Shown here piece after piece: positions 28,672 to 38,309 of a stretch of 64,000 nt of DNA. This DNA comes from Nitrospirota bacterium (GTDB lineage Bacteria > Nitrospirota > Nitrospiria > Nitrospirales > NS-4), in contig CAWBGA010000004.1 in assembly GCA_963788195.1 (NCBI GenBank), positions 32,001 through 96,000 on the forward strand, written 5' to 3'. The first letter of the stretch is position 1. Every line of letters begins with the position of its first letter. The notes under the pieces were generated by a model that saw nothing but the letters and a program-made list of their open reading frames with translations, was not told the DNA's origin and made no database searches. The position numbers and the translations under genes are program-made.

Positions 28672-29974
28672 CACCGCGGTCAAAGTCGAAAACCTCTCCA
28701 AGCAATACAAGATTGGGGTGGCCAAGCACCGCCATGACAGCATACGCGATCATTTGCGAGACACTGTTACTTCCCTGTTTCATCGGAACGGAAAAGCGAA
28801 GGCGGACGAAGGTATCCTATGGGCCTTGAGGGATGTGTCGTTCGAAATCAAGCAAGGCGAGGTCGTAGGAATCATCGGTCGGAACGGTGCCGGCAAAAGC
28901 ACCTTGTTGAAGATTCTTTCGCGGATCACGGAGCCAACAAATGGAAGAGCAAAGGTGTATGGCCGCCTCGCGAGCCTGCTCGAAGTTGGTACAGGATTTC
29001 ATGCCGAACTGACCGGCCGGGAAAACATTTACCTCAACGGAGCCATACTCGGAATGAAAAAAGCAGAGATCGATCGCAAGTTGGATGAGATCATTGCTTT
29101 CGCGGAAATCGATAAATTTCTGGAGACGCCAGTCAAGCGGTACTCGAGCGGCATGTACGTGAGACTGGCGTTTGCGGTCGCGGCCCACTTGGAACCGGAG
29201 ATTCTGATTATCGATGAAGTGCTGGCCGTCGGCGATGCTGCATTTCAGAAGAGGTGCCTCGGCAAGATCGGGAGCGTGGCAAAGGAAGGCCGCACGGTCG
29301 TATTGGTCAGCCATAACATGCCATCTGTCCAGGCAATGTGTCACCGGGTGCTGTTGATGCAAAACGGTAAGCTGAAAACGAGTGGTGATGCCAATGCGGT
29401 AATTTCATCCTATCTGGCTGACGGCGTCTCTCCCGACTTAGCTGAGATCGATCTGAGCAACCACCCGGGTCGTTGTTATTCACGTGAACCTGCATTACGA
29501 AAAGCATGGGTTCTAAATAGTGACGGTGTGAAGAGTAATTCCGTCATGATGGGAAAAAGTCTGACAGTGTGCTTTGAGTTCAAGTGCGACCGGCCGATCA
29601 AAACCCCGGGCTATGGTCTTGGAATCGAAGACGAACAAGGTTACCGCATTTTCTCGCTGAATAACTATATGCTTCCTAACGGCGTGAACACATTTGTATC
29701 CTTAAAAGCGGGGGTGGCATCTCTTTGCATAGACAATCTTCCGCTATTGCCTGGTGCATACTTTCTAACACTGTCATTGGTAGAAGACCAACGTGAGTGG
29801 ATAGATTGTGTGGAGCGCGCACTCGTGATTCATGTGGAACCTTCTGATGTTTATGGCTCTGGCAAAATACCGGATCAGACTCAAGGTGTTATTTATGTTC
29901 AAGGCCAAATCCGTGTTCTCACGGGGCATGATATGAGTGGCATCAGCGCGACGCCCCATGGTGTAACTCATTGA
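28664..29974 (+). CDS. wzt: ABC transporter ATPase Wzt-2 with a different C-terminal domain
   Basis: Same Walker A, signature and Walker B motifs as Wzt-1; divergent Wzt_C region. Confidence 0.93.
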   Translation: MSDTAVKVENLSKQYKIGVAKHRHDSIRDHLRDTVTSLFHRNGKAKADEGILWALRDVSFEIKQGEVVGIIGRNGAGKSTLLKILSRITEPTNGRAKVYGRLASLLEVGTGFHAELTGRENIYLNGAILGMKKAEIDRKLDEIIAFAEIDKFLETPVKRYSSGMYVRLAFAVAAHLEPEILIIDEVLAVGDAAFQKRCLGKIGSVAKEGRTVVLVSHNMPSVQAMCHRVLLMQNGKLKTSGDANAVISSYLADGVSPDLAEIDLSNHPGRCYSREPALRKAWVLNSDGVKSNSVMMGKSLTVCFEFKCDRPIKTPGYGLGIEDEQGYRIFSLNNYMLPNGVNTFVSLKAGVASLCIDNLPLLPGAYFLTLSLVEDQREWIDCVERALVIHVEPSDVYGSGKIPDQTQGVIYVQGQIRVLTGHDMSGISATPHGVTH

Positions 29975-29993
29975 TGCGTGGAGAAATGAGACG

Positions 29994-30773
29994 ATGAATC
30001 AGGGACAGTCAACAGACTTTCGCGGCTGGGAGTATGCTCGTGCCGGTGATTATCATCGGAACTTGGACCCAAACTGGTCGTACACGCCCACATATCTTCG
30101 GAAGATGGCATTTGTAAGGGCGTTTGTGACGTCCTTGGCAAGATCGACACAATTCATTGACATCGCTTGTGGCGAAGGAGTTTTAGTTGAAGACTTTCGC
30201 AATGAAGGGTGGAGCATCGAAGGGCTTGATCTCAACTACGAGAGCGAATATGTCCGCCGGGGTGATATTCGCACGATGCCCTATGGCGACGGCAGCTTTG
30301 ACGTCGGATTATTTTTAGATGCGTTTGAGCACTTAGCCTTTGCGGATCAACCCAAAGCACTGGCCGAAATCAGGCGAATTCTTCGGCCTGGCGGTACCCT
30401 CGTAATGTCCGCCCCGAATCTTGCACATCTAAATTCACGTGTTCGAATGCTATTAAAGGGGGGACTAGACCGTACAGACATTGAAATTAATCATGTGGGT
30501 GAGCGCCCAATCTGGGAATATGAAGCATTGCTGAAACAGGCTGGATTCAGGGTGGCACGAAAGATAGGTGTGACTTTAACAGTACCGTATATCTACCGTG
30601 GCCTCATTTGCAAACATGCCGCAAAACTGCGATGGCTTCACGATGCATTAGAGCCGGTTGCCAACGCCTTTCCGTCTTTGGCGATGGTGACAATCTTTAT
30701 ATGCACGAATGGAAGCGACGTGTCTTCACCTGCTGCCGAAGCTGAGAAGCAACGCTCCTGTTGTCCTTTATGA
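29994..30773 (+). CDS. Class I SAM-dependent methyltransferase
   Basis: IDIACGEG, GDIRTMPYGDGSFD, EHL, RILRPGG.LV.S.PN. Confidence 0.88.
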   Translation: MNQGQSTDFRGWEYARAGDYHRNLDPNWSYTPTYLRKMAFVRAFVTSLARSTQFIDIACGEGVLVEDFRNEGWSIEGLDLNYESEYVRRGDIRTMPYGDGSFDVGLFLDAFEHLAFADQPKALAEIRRILRPGGTLVMSAPNLAHLNSRVRMLLKGGLDRTDIEINHVGERPIWEYEALLKQAGFRVARKIGVTLTVPYIYRGLICKHAAKLRWLHDALEPVANAFPSLAMVTIFICTNGSDVSSPAAEAEKQRSCCPL

Positions 30774-30783
30774 CTACAACTCA

Positions 30784-32862
30784 ATGGCAATAGTGGAATC
30801 TAACGTGGAGACTCGTCCTTTTGTGTCGGTCATTGTACCGACATATAACCGTCCAGACTATTTGGAAGATGCTCTTCGTTCAATCATTGCTCAGGATTAT
30901 CCGGCTGACTGTTTTGAAATCATCGTGGTAGACAATGGCTCGACGGATGACACACTCGACCGGATATCGCGACTGGCTCAGGAAACAGCCGGGCGACACA
31001 ACCTAAAATACGTGCGAGAGCAGCGCCGCGGCTTAGTCTTCTGTAGGCACACGGGAGCTAAGCATGCAAACGCAAAAATACTATTGTTCACCGATGATGA
31101 TGCTGTGTTCGATCGCAACTGGATTGCTGCCATAGTCGAATTATATCGCACGCATCCAGACGTTGGAGCCGTTGGCACGAAGATCGCAGTTCAATGGGAC
31201 CGTGAACCACCAGCTTGGGTCCGCCAATATGAGCACGTATTGGCCAAACTAAACTACGGGGAACGGTCCATCGTGAAGGTGGGACTTGAAATTTATGGAC
31301 CGAGCTTTTCAATACGAAGAGATCATCTTTTGAAGGTCCGTGGGTTTAACCCTGGTCAGAATGGAAAGTATATCGCTGGCGATTCTGAAACTGGCCTTTG
31401 CCGGAAGCTCGCAAATGCCGGGGTCTCAGTCGGATGGACTCCTTCTGCCACTGTCTGGCATCGGCAGCGCGTGGAAGTCAATGGCAAGTGGAAAGACATC
31501 ATCCGGAGATACCAGAATTATGGAATCTCAGAGGCCTATCAAGCATCATTTTATGGCTGGTCCACGCGTCGAGTTCTCGGCGATGTTCGGGAGAGGACGT
31601 ACAACTTTCTTCGACAGTTATATTGGTCTCTTCGCAAACGAGATGCTGTGGCTCTGTCCAGGACGGTTCCCTTCGAATGGGCCTTTTATGTTTATTACTT
31701 GAAATATCTATGGCTTTATCGATTTGGACGAGTAACACGTCAAATGGTAAAAAATTTGGACTGGGAATTTACCGAAACCTACCATGCGCCGCCGCTCCAA
31801 CTCAATATGCGCCGCGCGGATGGAAGCGTCGGAGACATAGACGTGAAGGAAATTAAGGCGGGCAACCCCGCTCAACAGGCGGAGCGGGAAGCGCCGTTCA
31901 TAACCCTCATCATTCCTACGCTCAATCGCTGTGAAAGTCTGAAGAATGCTATTGCCTCGGCACTACAACAGACCTGGCCCGCTGATCGATATGAAATACT
32001 TGTCGTAGATAATGGATGCGTTGACGGAACACGCGAGCACGTCGAAGGACTGGCAAAGAATAGTAAAACATTTATCTCCGTGATTGACGAACCGCGGCTG
32101 GGTCTACACCATGCGCGTCATGCGGGAGTGAGGGCGGCAAGAGGAGAGATTCTTATTTTCACCGATGATGACGCGACCTTTGCGCCTGATTGGATTGGCG
32201 CGTATGCGGAGGCGTTTGCACGAAACCCTGAGATGCTCGCCGCGGGGGGGCCGGTACGACCGGTGTGGGAAGCACCGCCGCCACAATGGTTGCTGGATTA
32301 CATGGGCGACGCTAAGATCTTTGGCATTCTGAGCCTAATGGAGCCATATCAGGAATTTCGGTTGGACCGAAAAGGGTTTTTCTTCGGCGTGAACATGGTG
32401 ATCCGACGGTCGGTTTTCGACTGGACGGGCTTTCACCCGGAACTATTCGGCAGTCGGACGCTTGGTGATGGTGAGACGGGGTTGAACCGCGATATCCTGC
32501 GAAATGGCGGTCTGATAGGCTATGTTCCAGATGCGCTCGTTTATCATCATATCCCTCCTAGCCGAATGACCATCAATCATATTCGAAGATGGGCCTGGCA
32601 TTTCGGTGGAGCGCAGATGTATGAGCGGTGGTGGTGCAAGAAGAGATCCCATGCGGCTTTGGCCAGAGAAGGAATCACCATTGCCAGACAATATTGGCGA
32701 CAATGGATCGCGGCTCGTCTTGTCCGCGGTCGCCGTGATCCATCGGCTATTGAGAAGCAGTTTCAGGCGAGTCTCGGATGGTGCAAACTGAACTATATCT
32801 GGTGGATGCTCACGGATTCACAAGTTCAGACGCTGCTGGATGAAAGCGATCTGCGGCTATGA
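30784..32862 (+). CDS. Tandem GT2-GT2 glycosyltransferase
   Basis: Two copies of IVPTYNR/IIPTLNR...EIIVVDNG...GL...RH.G...LFTDDDA...GD.ETGL. Confidence 0.9.
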   Translation: MAIVESNVETRPFVSVIVPTYNRPDYLEDALRSIIAQDYPADCFEIIVVDNGSTDDTLDRISRLAQETAGRHNLKYVREQRRGLVFCRHTGAKHANAKILLFTDDDAVFDRNWIAAIVELYRTHPDVGAVGTKIAVQWDREPPAWVRQYEHVLAKLNYGERSIVKVGLEIYGPSFSIRRDHLLKVRGFNPGQNGKYIAGDSETGLCRKLANAGVSVGWTPSATVWHRQRVEVNGKWKDIIRRYQNYGISEAYQASFYGWSTRRVLGDVRERTYNFLRQLYWSLRKRDAVALSRTVPFEWAFYVYYLKYLWLYRFGRVTRQMVKNLDWEFTETYHAPPLQLNMRRADGSVGDIDVKEIKAGNPAQQAEREAPFITLIIPTLNRCESLKNAIASALQQTWPADRYEILVVDNGCVDGTREHVEGLAKNSKTFISVIDEPRLGLHHARHAGVRAARGEILIFTDDDATFAPDWIGAYAEAFARNPEMLAAGGPVRPVWEAPPPQWLLDYMGDAKIFGILSLMEPYQEFRLDRKGFFFGVNMVIRRSVFDWTGFHPELFGSRTLGDGETGLNRDILRNGGLIGYVPDALVYHHIPPSRMTINHIRRWAWHFGGAQMYERWWCKKRSHAALAREGITIARQYWRQWIAARLVRGRRDPSAIEKQFQASLGWCKLNYIWWMLTDSQVQTLLDESDLRL

Positions 32863-33773
32863 AACAACTGGTCCGTGCCGTCTTTCAGCGTGTCGGGCTT
32901 GAACTCAAGCGGATCCCGGCGCCAGTTCAAGATCCGAAAATGGCATATCTGCGCGGAGGACGAATTCCGTGGAGTCTGGGATACAACGAAGCCAAGGAGC
33001 GATTTATTGCGCAAGTCTTAGCGGACCCGCAAGTGCTTCAACTTTTTGTGACTGAGCGCCAATTGCCAAGGGAATATGGCATCGGCCTCGATGAACGCTG
33101 TGTCGAATATCCTTGGCTGATGGCCTACCTCCAATCGGACCCCGAGATCGTCTTAGACGCCGGGTCTGCCCTCAACCATGCCTATATGCTTGAGCATCCG
33201 GTCTTTGAGAAGAAGAAACTGCATATTTTGACGTTGGCGCCGGAAGTAAGCTGCTTTTGGAAAAAAGGGATCTCCTATCTGTTTGAGGACTTACGTCGTA
33301 TACCCGTCAAAGACGCCTATTATGACACCATTGTGTGTCTCTCCACACTCGAACATGTGGGCTTCGATAACACGACATATACACATGATGAGGCACATCG
33401 CGAGCAGCGCCCCACTGACTTCATTGCGGCTATGCAAGAATTATCCCGTGTCCTCAAACCAGGAGGGCGGTTGTTTCTCACGGTGCCGTTTGGTTCTTAC
33501 CGCAACTTCGGCAGCTTCCAGCAATTTGACCGACAACTGCTTTCGCAGGCGATCGCAGCTTTTGGCGAGGCAAGTACCGTCAGAGAGAGTTTCTATCGCT
33601 ATACGGTTCAAGGGTGGATGGTAGCGGCGGCGGCGGAATGTGTGGAATGCGAATATGTCGAGTGGGTCGCTAAGGTATGGTCAGGCGCCCCATGGCCGAC
33701 GCCACTGCCCTGCGATCCGGACTTTGCGGCCGCAGCGCGAGCGGTTGCCTGTGTTGAGCTGACAAAGCCGTAG
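32859..33773 (+). CDS. SAM-dependent methyltransferase (DUF268-like)
   Basis: DERCVEYPW, LDAGS, CLSTLEHVG.D...Y, RVLKPGGRLFLTVPFG. Confidence 0.8.
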   Translation: MKQLVRAVFQRVGLELKRIPAPVQDPKMAYLRGGRIPWSLGYNEAKERFIAQVLADPQVLQLFVTERQLPREYGIGLDERCVEYPWLMAYLQSDPEIVLDAGSALNHAYMLEHPVFEKKKLHILTLAPEVSCFWKKGISYLFEDLRRIPVKDAYYDTIVCLSTLEHVGFDNTTYTHDEAHREQRPTDFIAAMQELSRVLKPGGRLFLTVPFGSYRNFGSFQQFDRQLLSQAIAAFGEASTVRESFYRYTVQGWMVAAAAECVECEYVEWVAKVWSGAPWPTPLPCDPDFAAAARAVACVELTKP

Positions 33774-33881
33774 TAACCCTGCTTGAGGAGTCCATGGATC
33801 GCCTGGTTAATTAAAAGCGAATCGGTGACGGTGCCAAATAATAACGCAAGTGGAATAAACGAACCGACTGCGGATTCCCGT

Positions 33882-34283
33882 ATGGAAGTACGGGAGCAGA
33901 TTCTCTGGAACAATCAGCCCCTTGCCTATATTTTCCGGAAAGAAATCAATCCGGAGAAGACAACTTTCCTGACTCCGCGCGAACTGAATCTGCAATTAGG
34001 CCTGGTGGTATATCCGGCAGGGGGCAGCGTGACGCCTCATGTGCACCTTCCTGTGGAGCGCACGATCGTTGGGACCTCCGAAGTCCTTGTCGTAAAGAAG
34101 GGCCGTTGTGAGATCGACATCTATAATGACGAACGGCAGTTGGTGTTGACCCGGGAACTGCGTGAGGGGGATGTTGTGCTGACTGTTGGCGGAGGACATG
34201 GCTTTCGAATGCTCGAAGACACGGTATTGATGGAAGTGAAGCAGGGGCCGTACCTGGAGTCGGGCGATAAGGTGCGATTTTGA
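33882..34283 (+). CDS. Cupin-fold protein (sugar-nucleotide pathway associated; start uncertain)
   Basis: FLTP....LQLG...YP.G....PHVH...R....TSEVL.V.KG; GD......GGHGF.MLE......EVKQGPY. Confidence 0.8.
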   Translation: MEVREQILWNNQPLAYIFRKEINPEKTTFLTPRELNLQLGLVVYPAGGSVTPHVHLPVERTIVGTSEVLVVKKGRCEIDIYNDERQLVLTRELREGDVVLTVGGGHGFRMLEDTVLMEVKQGPYLESGDKVRF

Positions 34284-34296
34284 AGGGAACTACGGA

Positions 34297-35472
34297 ATGA
34301 TGGAAATTCCTGTCAACGAGCCGGATTTATCGGGAAACGAACAGAAGTATGTGTTGGATGCGGTCAAGTCTGGGTGGGTTGCGCAAGGCAAATACGTCGG
34401 CGAGTTTGAACGCGGCTTTGCAAAGTTTATCGGGACTAAGCATGCCATTACAACCACCAGCGGAACCGCCGCTCTGCAACTGGCGACCACGTGTCTGGAC
34501 CTGCGACCAGGCGACGAGGTTATCGTCCCCTCTCTGACAATTGCTTCGACTGTCTTCTCCGTGTGCTATGTCGGCGCGACCCCCGTATTGGTTGATTGCG
34601 ACCCCACCACCTATACGCTCGATCCGAATGAGGTCGAACGCAAGATCACCCCGAAAACCCGGGCTATTCTGCCGGTCCATCTGTACGGCCATCCGGCGGA
34701 CATGCAGCCGATACTGGATCTCGCGCGCCGCCATAGTTTGTTCGTGATCGAAGATGCGGCCGAAGCTCATGGAGCCCAATACCGCGGGCGATCGGCGGGA
34801 AGCATGGGAATCGTGAACTGCTTCAGCTTTTATTCGAACAAGATTATCACCACAGGCGAAGGCGGAATGGTCACCACGGATGATGACCGTTTGGCGAAGC
34901 GCGTGACGCGGCTAAAAGATCTCGCGCATTCTGAAGAGCGCCGGTTTCTCCATACCGAGATTGCGTATGTTCTGCGGATGACGAACATGCAGGCGGCGCT
35001 AGGCGTGGCTCAGTTGGAGCGTGTGGAGCAGTTCATCGCCAGAAAACGGTGGATGGCGGCGGAGTATCAACAAGCTCTGGCCGGGATTGAAGGGCTTCAC
35101 GTTCCGGTGGAAATGCCCTGGGCGAAGAGCGTGTACTGGATGTACGCGATCCGTATCACACCGGACTTCGGCTGTAGCCGCGATGAGCTGATGCGGCGGC
35201 TTCAAGCCCGAGGCGTCGCGACGCGCACATTCTTTATTCCAATGCATCAACAACCTGTGTTCTTAAACATGGGTCTGTTCCGTGACGATCACTATCCGGT
35301 CGCCGAACGCCTGAGCAATGAGGGCCTCTACTTGCCCTCGGGTCTCACTATTACAAAAGATCAAATTGATCGGGTTGCCGGCAGTATTCGGGAAATCCAG
35401 CGGGAGGTCAGGACCGGGTCGATCAGCGAACAACCTAGCGCCGGTGCAATGCGCCAAGGCGTGCCGTTATGA
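34297..35472 (+). CDS. DegT/DnrJ aminotransferase, perosamine synthase-like
   Basis: IPVNEPDLSGNEQKYV.DAV.SGW, SGTAAL, VHLYGHPADM, EDAAEAHG, FSFYSNKIITTGEGGM, RMTNMQAALG.AQL, GLYLPSG. Confidence 0.9.
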   Translation: MMEIPVNEPDLSGNEQKYVLDAVKSGWVAQGKYVGEFERGFAKFIGTKHAITTTSGTAALQLATTCLDLRPGDEVIVPSLTIASTVFSVCYVGATPVLVDCDPTTYTLDPNEVERKITPKTRAILPVHLYGHPADMQPILDLARRHSLFVIEDAAEAHGAQYRGRSAGSMGIVNCFSFYSNKIITTGEGGMVTTDDDRLAKRVTRLKDLAHSEERRFLHTEIAYVLRMTNMQAALGVAQLERVEQFIARKRWMAAEYQQALAGIEGLHVPVEMPWAKSVYWMYAIRITPDFGCSRDELMRRLQARGVATRTFFIPMHQQPVFLNMGLFRDDHYPVAERLSNEGLYLPSGLTITKDQIDRVAGSIREIQREVRTGSISEQPSAGAMRQGVPL

Positions 35473-36263
35473 ACACAGTATTTGAGGATTACGCCAAGTA
35501 TTACGACATTTATTATGCTGGAAAAGACTACGACCGGGAGTGCGACTTTATTGAAGCAGGATTCGCACGATTTGGACAGAAGCCGCGGACGGTGCTGGAT
35601 TTGGCTTGCGGGACTGGAAATCACGGCCTCCGGCTGGCCGAGCGAGGCTATGAGGTCTGCGGTGTGGATTTTTCTGAATCGATGCTCTCGCGATACCGGA
35701 CCAAGGCTGAAGCTCAAGGGCTAAGCGTCGAGCTGCACCAGCAGGATTTACGCACATTGGATCTTGGGCGGAAGTTCGATGCGGTAATCTGCATGTTTGA
35801 TGCGATCGACTACTTGCCGGACAACAACGAGCTGGCCGCGGCTTTGCAGCGGATCTGTGCGCATCTCCGCCCGGACGGCGTGTTCCTGTTTGACTTTTGG
35901 CATGGCGTGCCGATTCTGCGAGGTCACGATCCGGTACGAGTCCGCGAGTTTCCACTTGACGGCGGCCGTCTGCTCCGAATCTCCACGACCGTGCTGGATA
36001 TCCCCGGGCAAATCGCAAAAGTGCAGTTTCGGATTCTGGCATTTGAAGGCGATCGCGTTCTGTCGGACTTCACCGAGGTTCATACAATGCGGTATTTTTT
36101 GTCGCAGGAAATGAGGTTTATCCTCGGGGCGACGGGCTGGAAAGTCTGTCATCTCTGCCCGGCCTTCGACCTTGATGGAATCGTGGACGGCGACTCTTGG
36201 CATCTGGTCGGGATCGCGACTCCCATGGGCATGAACGGCGCTTTGCCTGTGTATCGAGGCTGA
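35469..36263 (+). CDS. SAM methyltransferase, TylM1/DesVI-like sugar N-methyltransferase
   Basis: YDIYY.GKDYDRE...[10 protein letters not shown]...[32 protein letters not shown]. Confidence 0.8.
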   Translation: MNTVFEDYAKYYDIYYAGKDYDRECDFIEAGFARFGQKPRTVLDLACGTGNHGLRLAERGYEVCGVDFSESMLSRYRTKAEAQGLSVELHQQDLRTLDLGRKFDAVICMFDAIDYLPDNNELAAALQRICAHLRPDGVFLFDFWHGVPILRGHDPVRVREFPLDGGRLLRISTTVLDIPGQIAKVQFRILAFEGDRVLSDFTEVHTMRYFLSQEMRFILGATGWKVCHLCPAFDLDGIVDGDSWHLVGIATPMGMNGALPVYRG

Positions 36264-36264
36264 G

Positions 36265-37278
36265 ATGGACACGACGCGGAAAAAAGCCCTCATTACAGGG
36301 ATTACTGGGCAGGACGGTTCCTACTTGGCCGAATTTCTGTTGGCAAGAGGCTATGAGGTGCATGGTGTGATTCGTCGCGCGTCCACCTTTAACACGGGCC
36401 GCATCGACCACCTCTATCAAGACCCGCATATCAATGGGGTGCGTCTATTTCTACATTTCGGCGACGTCGCTGATTCGACGAGCCTCATCAAGCTGCTGTA
36501 TCGAATACAGCCGCAGGAGATCTATCACTTAGGCGCGCAAAGCCATGTCCGGGTGAGTTTTGACATTCCGGAATACACAGGTGACGTGACCGGGTTAGGC
36601 ACGATCCGGATTCTGGAGGCGATTCGGGAGACCGGCGTGCAAGCCAAGTTTTATCAGGCCAGCAGCTCGGAGATGTTCGGCAAGGTCCAGGAAGTCCCGC
36701 AACGGGAAACAACCCCCTTTTACCCGCGGAGTCCCTATGGAGCGGCTAAAGCGTATGCCTACTGGGTGACGGTCAACTACCGCGAGAGCTACGGGATGTT
36801 CGCTTGCAACGGCATCCTTTTTAATCACGAGAGCCCCCGGCGCGGAGAGACTTTTGTGACCCGCAAAATCAGCCGGGCGGTAGCACATATCAAAGCGGGC
36901 TTACAGCAAAAGTTGTTTCTGGGTAACCTCGACGCCAAGCGTGATTGGGGCTACGCGAAAGAATATGTAGAAAGCATGTGGCTCATGCTTCAACACAATA
37001 CCCCGGACGACTATGTGATCGCGACAGGCGAAACGTATTCGGTGCGCGAGTTTTTAGACGAAGCCTTCTCGTATGTCGGCCTTGATTGGCGTGACTATGT
37101 GGAAATTGATCCGTGGTACTATCGGCCAGCCGAGGTGGAGCTGCTCGTTGGTGATGCCAGCAAGGCCAAAAGGGTGTTAAATTGGTCACCGAAAATGCCT
37201 TTCAAGGAACTGGTGAGGCTGATGGTGGACGCTGACATGGCGAAGCTCACGGACAATGCTACCGCGTCGAAGCTTTAG
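36265..37278 (+). CDS. gmd: GDP-mannose 4,6-dehydratase
   Basis: [77 protein letters not shown]. Confidence 0.97.
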   Translation: MDTTRKKALITGITGQDGSYLAEFLLARGYEVHGVIRRASTFNTGRIDHLYQDPHINGVRLFLHFGDVADSTSLIKLLYRIQPQEIYHLGAQSHVRVSFDIPEYTGDVTGLGTIRILEAIRETGVQAKFYQASSSEMFGKVQEVPQRETTPFYPRSPYGAAKAYAYWVTVNYRESYGMFACNGILFNHESPRRGETFVTRKISRAVAHIKAGLQQKLFLGNLDAKRDWGYAKEYVESMWLMLQHNTPDDYVIATGETYSVREFLDEAFSYVGLDWRDYVEIDPWYYRPAEVELLVGDASKAKRVLNWSPKMPFKELVRLMVDADMAKLTDNATASKL

Positions 37279-37317
37279 AAGAGCCGTGGGCAATACTTAG
37301 AACTGGTGGGTGATCCA

Positions 37318-38259
37318 ATGAATCTCGACGTTATTCGGGAGAGAAAGAGCGACATAGTTAGGCGCTTTGGAGCATGGACAGCGCATAACATTCACCTCGT
37401 CGATGACATCTATACAATGGAACAGCGCGTTGTGGGTGATGAGCGTCAATTGAGACGAGTCATCCAGGTCATCGCGGATATGAGCACTAAGCCGCTGCAT
37501 GCGCTTCACGTGCTAGATCTCGGATGTTTGGAGGCGCTGTATGCCGTCGAACTGGCCCGTCGTGGAGCACAGGTGCTGGGTATAGAAGGCCGAGAGGCCA
37601 ACCTTGCGAAAGGCGTGTTTGTAAAAGCGGTCCTCTCGCTCAAGAATCTGACACTGGTGAAGGACGACGTGCGGAACCTGAGCCGTGAGAAGCACGGCTC
37701 ATTCGACGTCGTGTTGTGCTCGGGCATTCTGTACCACCTGGATGTTCCCGATGTGTTCACCTTTATGGAAAAAATAGCGGAGGTATGCGAAAGGCTTGCG
37801 ATCATTGATACCCATGTCTGCAGCGAAGTTTCTGAGACAGTGACATATGCATTAAGGACTTATTCAGGCAAGCGATGCCGAGAGCACCAAGCTGAGGAGT
37901 CTCTCGCCGACCGGCTCGCGAAGCCATGGGCCTCGCTCGATAATCAAGAGAGCTTCACCTTGACACGCCCGTCGCTGTACAACTTACTCGCCCATGTCGG
38001 GTTTACCTCCGTGTATGAATGCCATTATCCGCGGGAGATGTCCAAGTACGAGCTTGAGCGAGTCATGCTTGTGGCGATCAAAGGTCAACGCGAAGGTCTA
38101 GTATCAGCGCCTCTGTTGAACAGCTTGCCTGATGAGGATTGGCCGGAAAGACCGGCACGTGAGCAGACGTCTGGCATGGACGGCATCGTGCCCCGATGGG
38201 GGATGTTACTGCCGAAGTCAGTAAAGGTAGTTCTCAAGAGGTTGTTGTCACGACAATAG
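37318..38259 (+). CDS. Class I SAM-dependent methyltransferase
   Basis: WTAHNIHL, VLDLGCLEA.YAVELA..GA.V.GIEGR, FDVVLCSGILYHL. Confidence 0.85.
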   Translation: MNLDVIRERKSDIVRRFGAWTAHNIHLVDDIYTMEQRVVGDERQLRRVIQVIADMSTKPLHALHVLDLGCLEALYAVELARRGAQVLGIEGREANLAKGVFVKAVLSLKNLTLVKDDVRNLSREKHGSFDVVLCSGILYHLDVPDVFTFMEKIAEVCERLAIIDTHVCSEVSETVTYALRTYSGKRCREHQAEESLADRLAKPWASLDNQESFTLTRPSLYNLLAHVGFTSVYECHYPREMSKYELERVMLVAIKGQREGLVSAPLLNSLPDEDWPERPAREQTSGMDGIVPRWGMLLPKSVKVVLKRLLSRQ

Positions 38260-38309
38260 TCAGCTTTTCGGAATAGCCTGACCAGCCCATAACGAACCGC
38301 CGCGAGTAT

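Noticed and set aside
36876..36887. Second ops-like site GGCGGTAGCACA inside gmd
   Set aside because: Lacks the terminal TG and is explained by the codons for R-A-V-A-H
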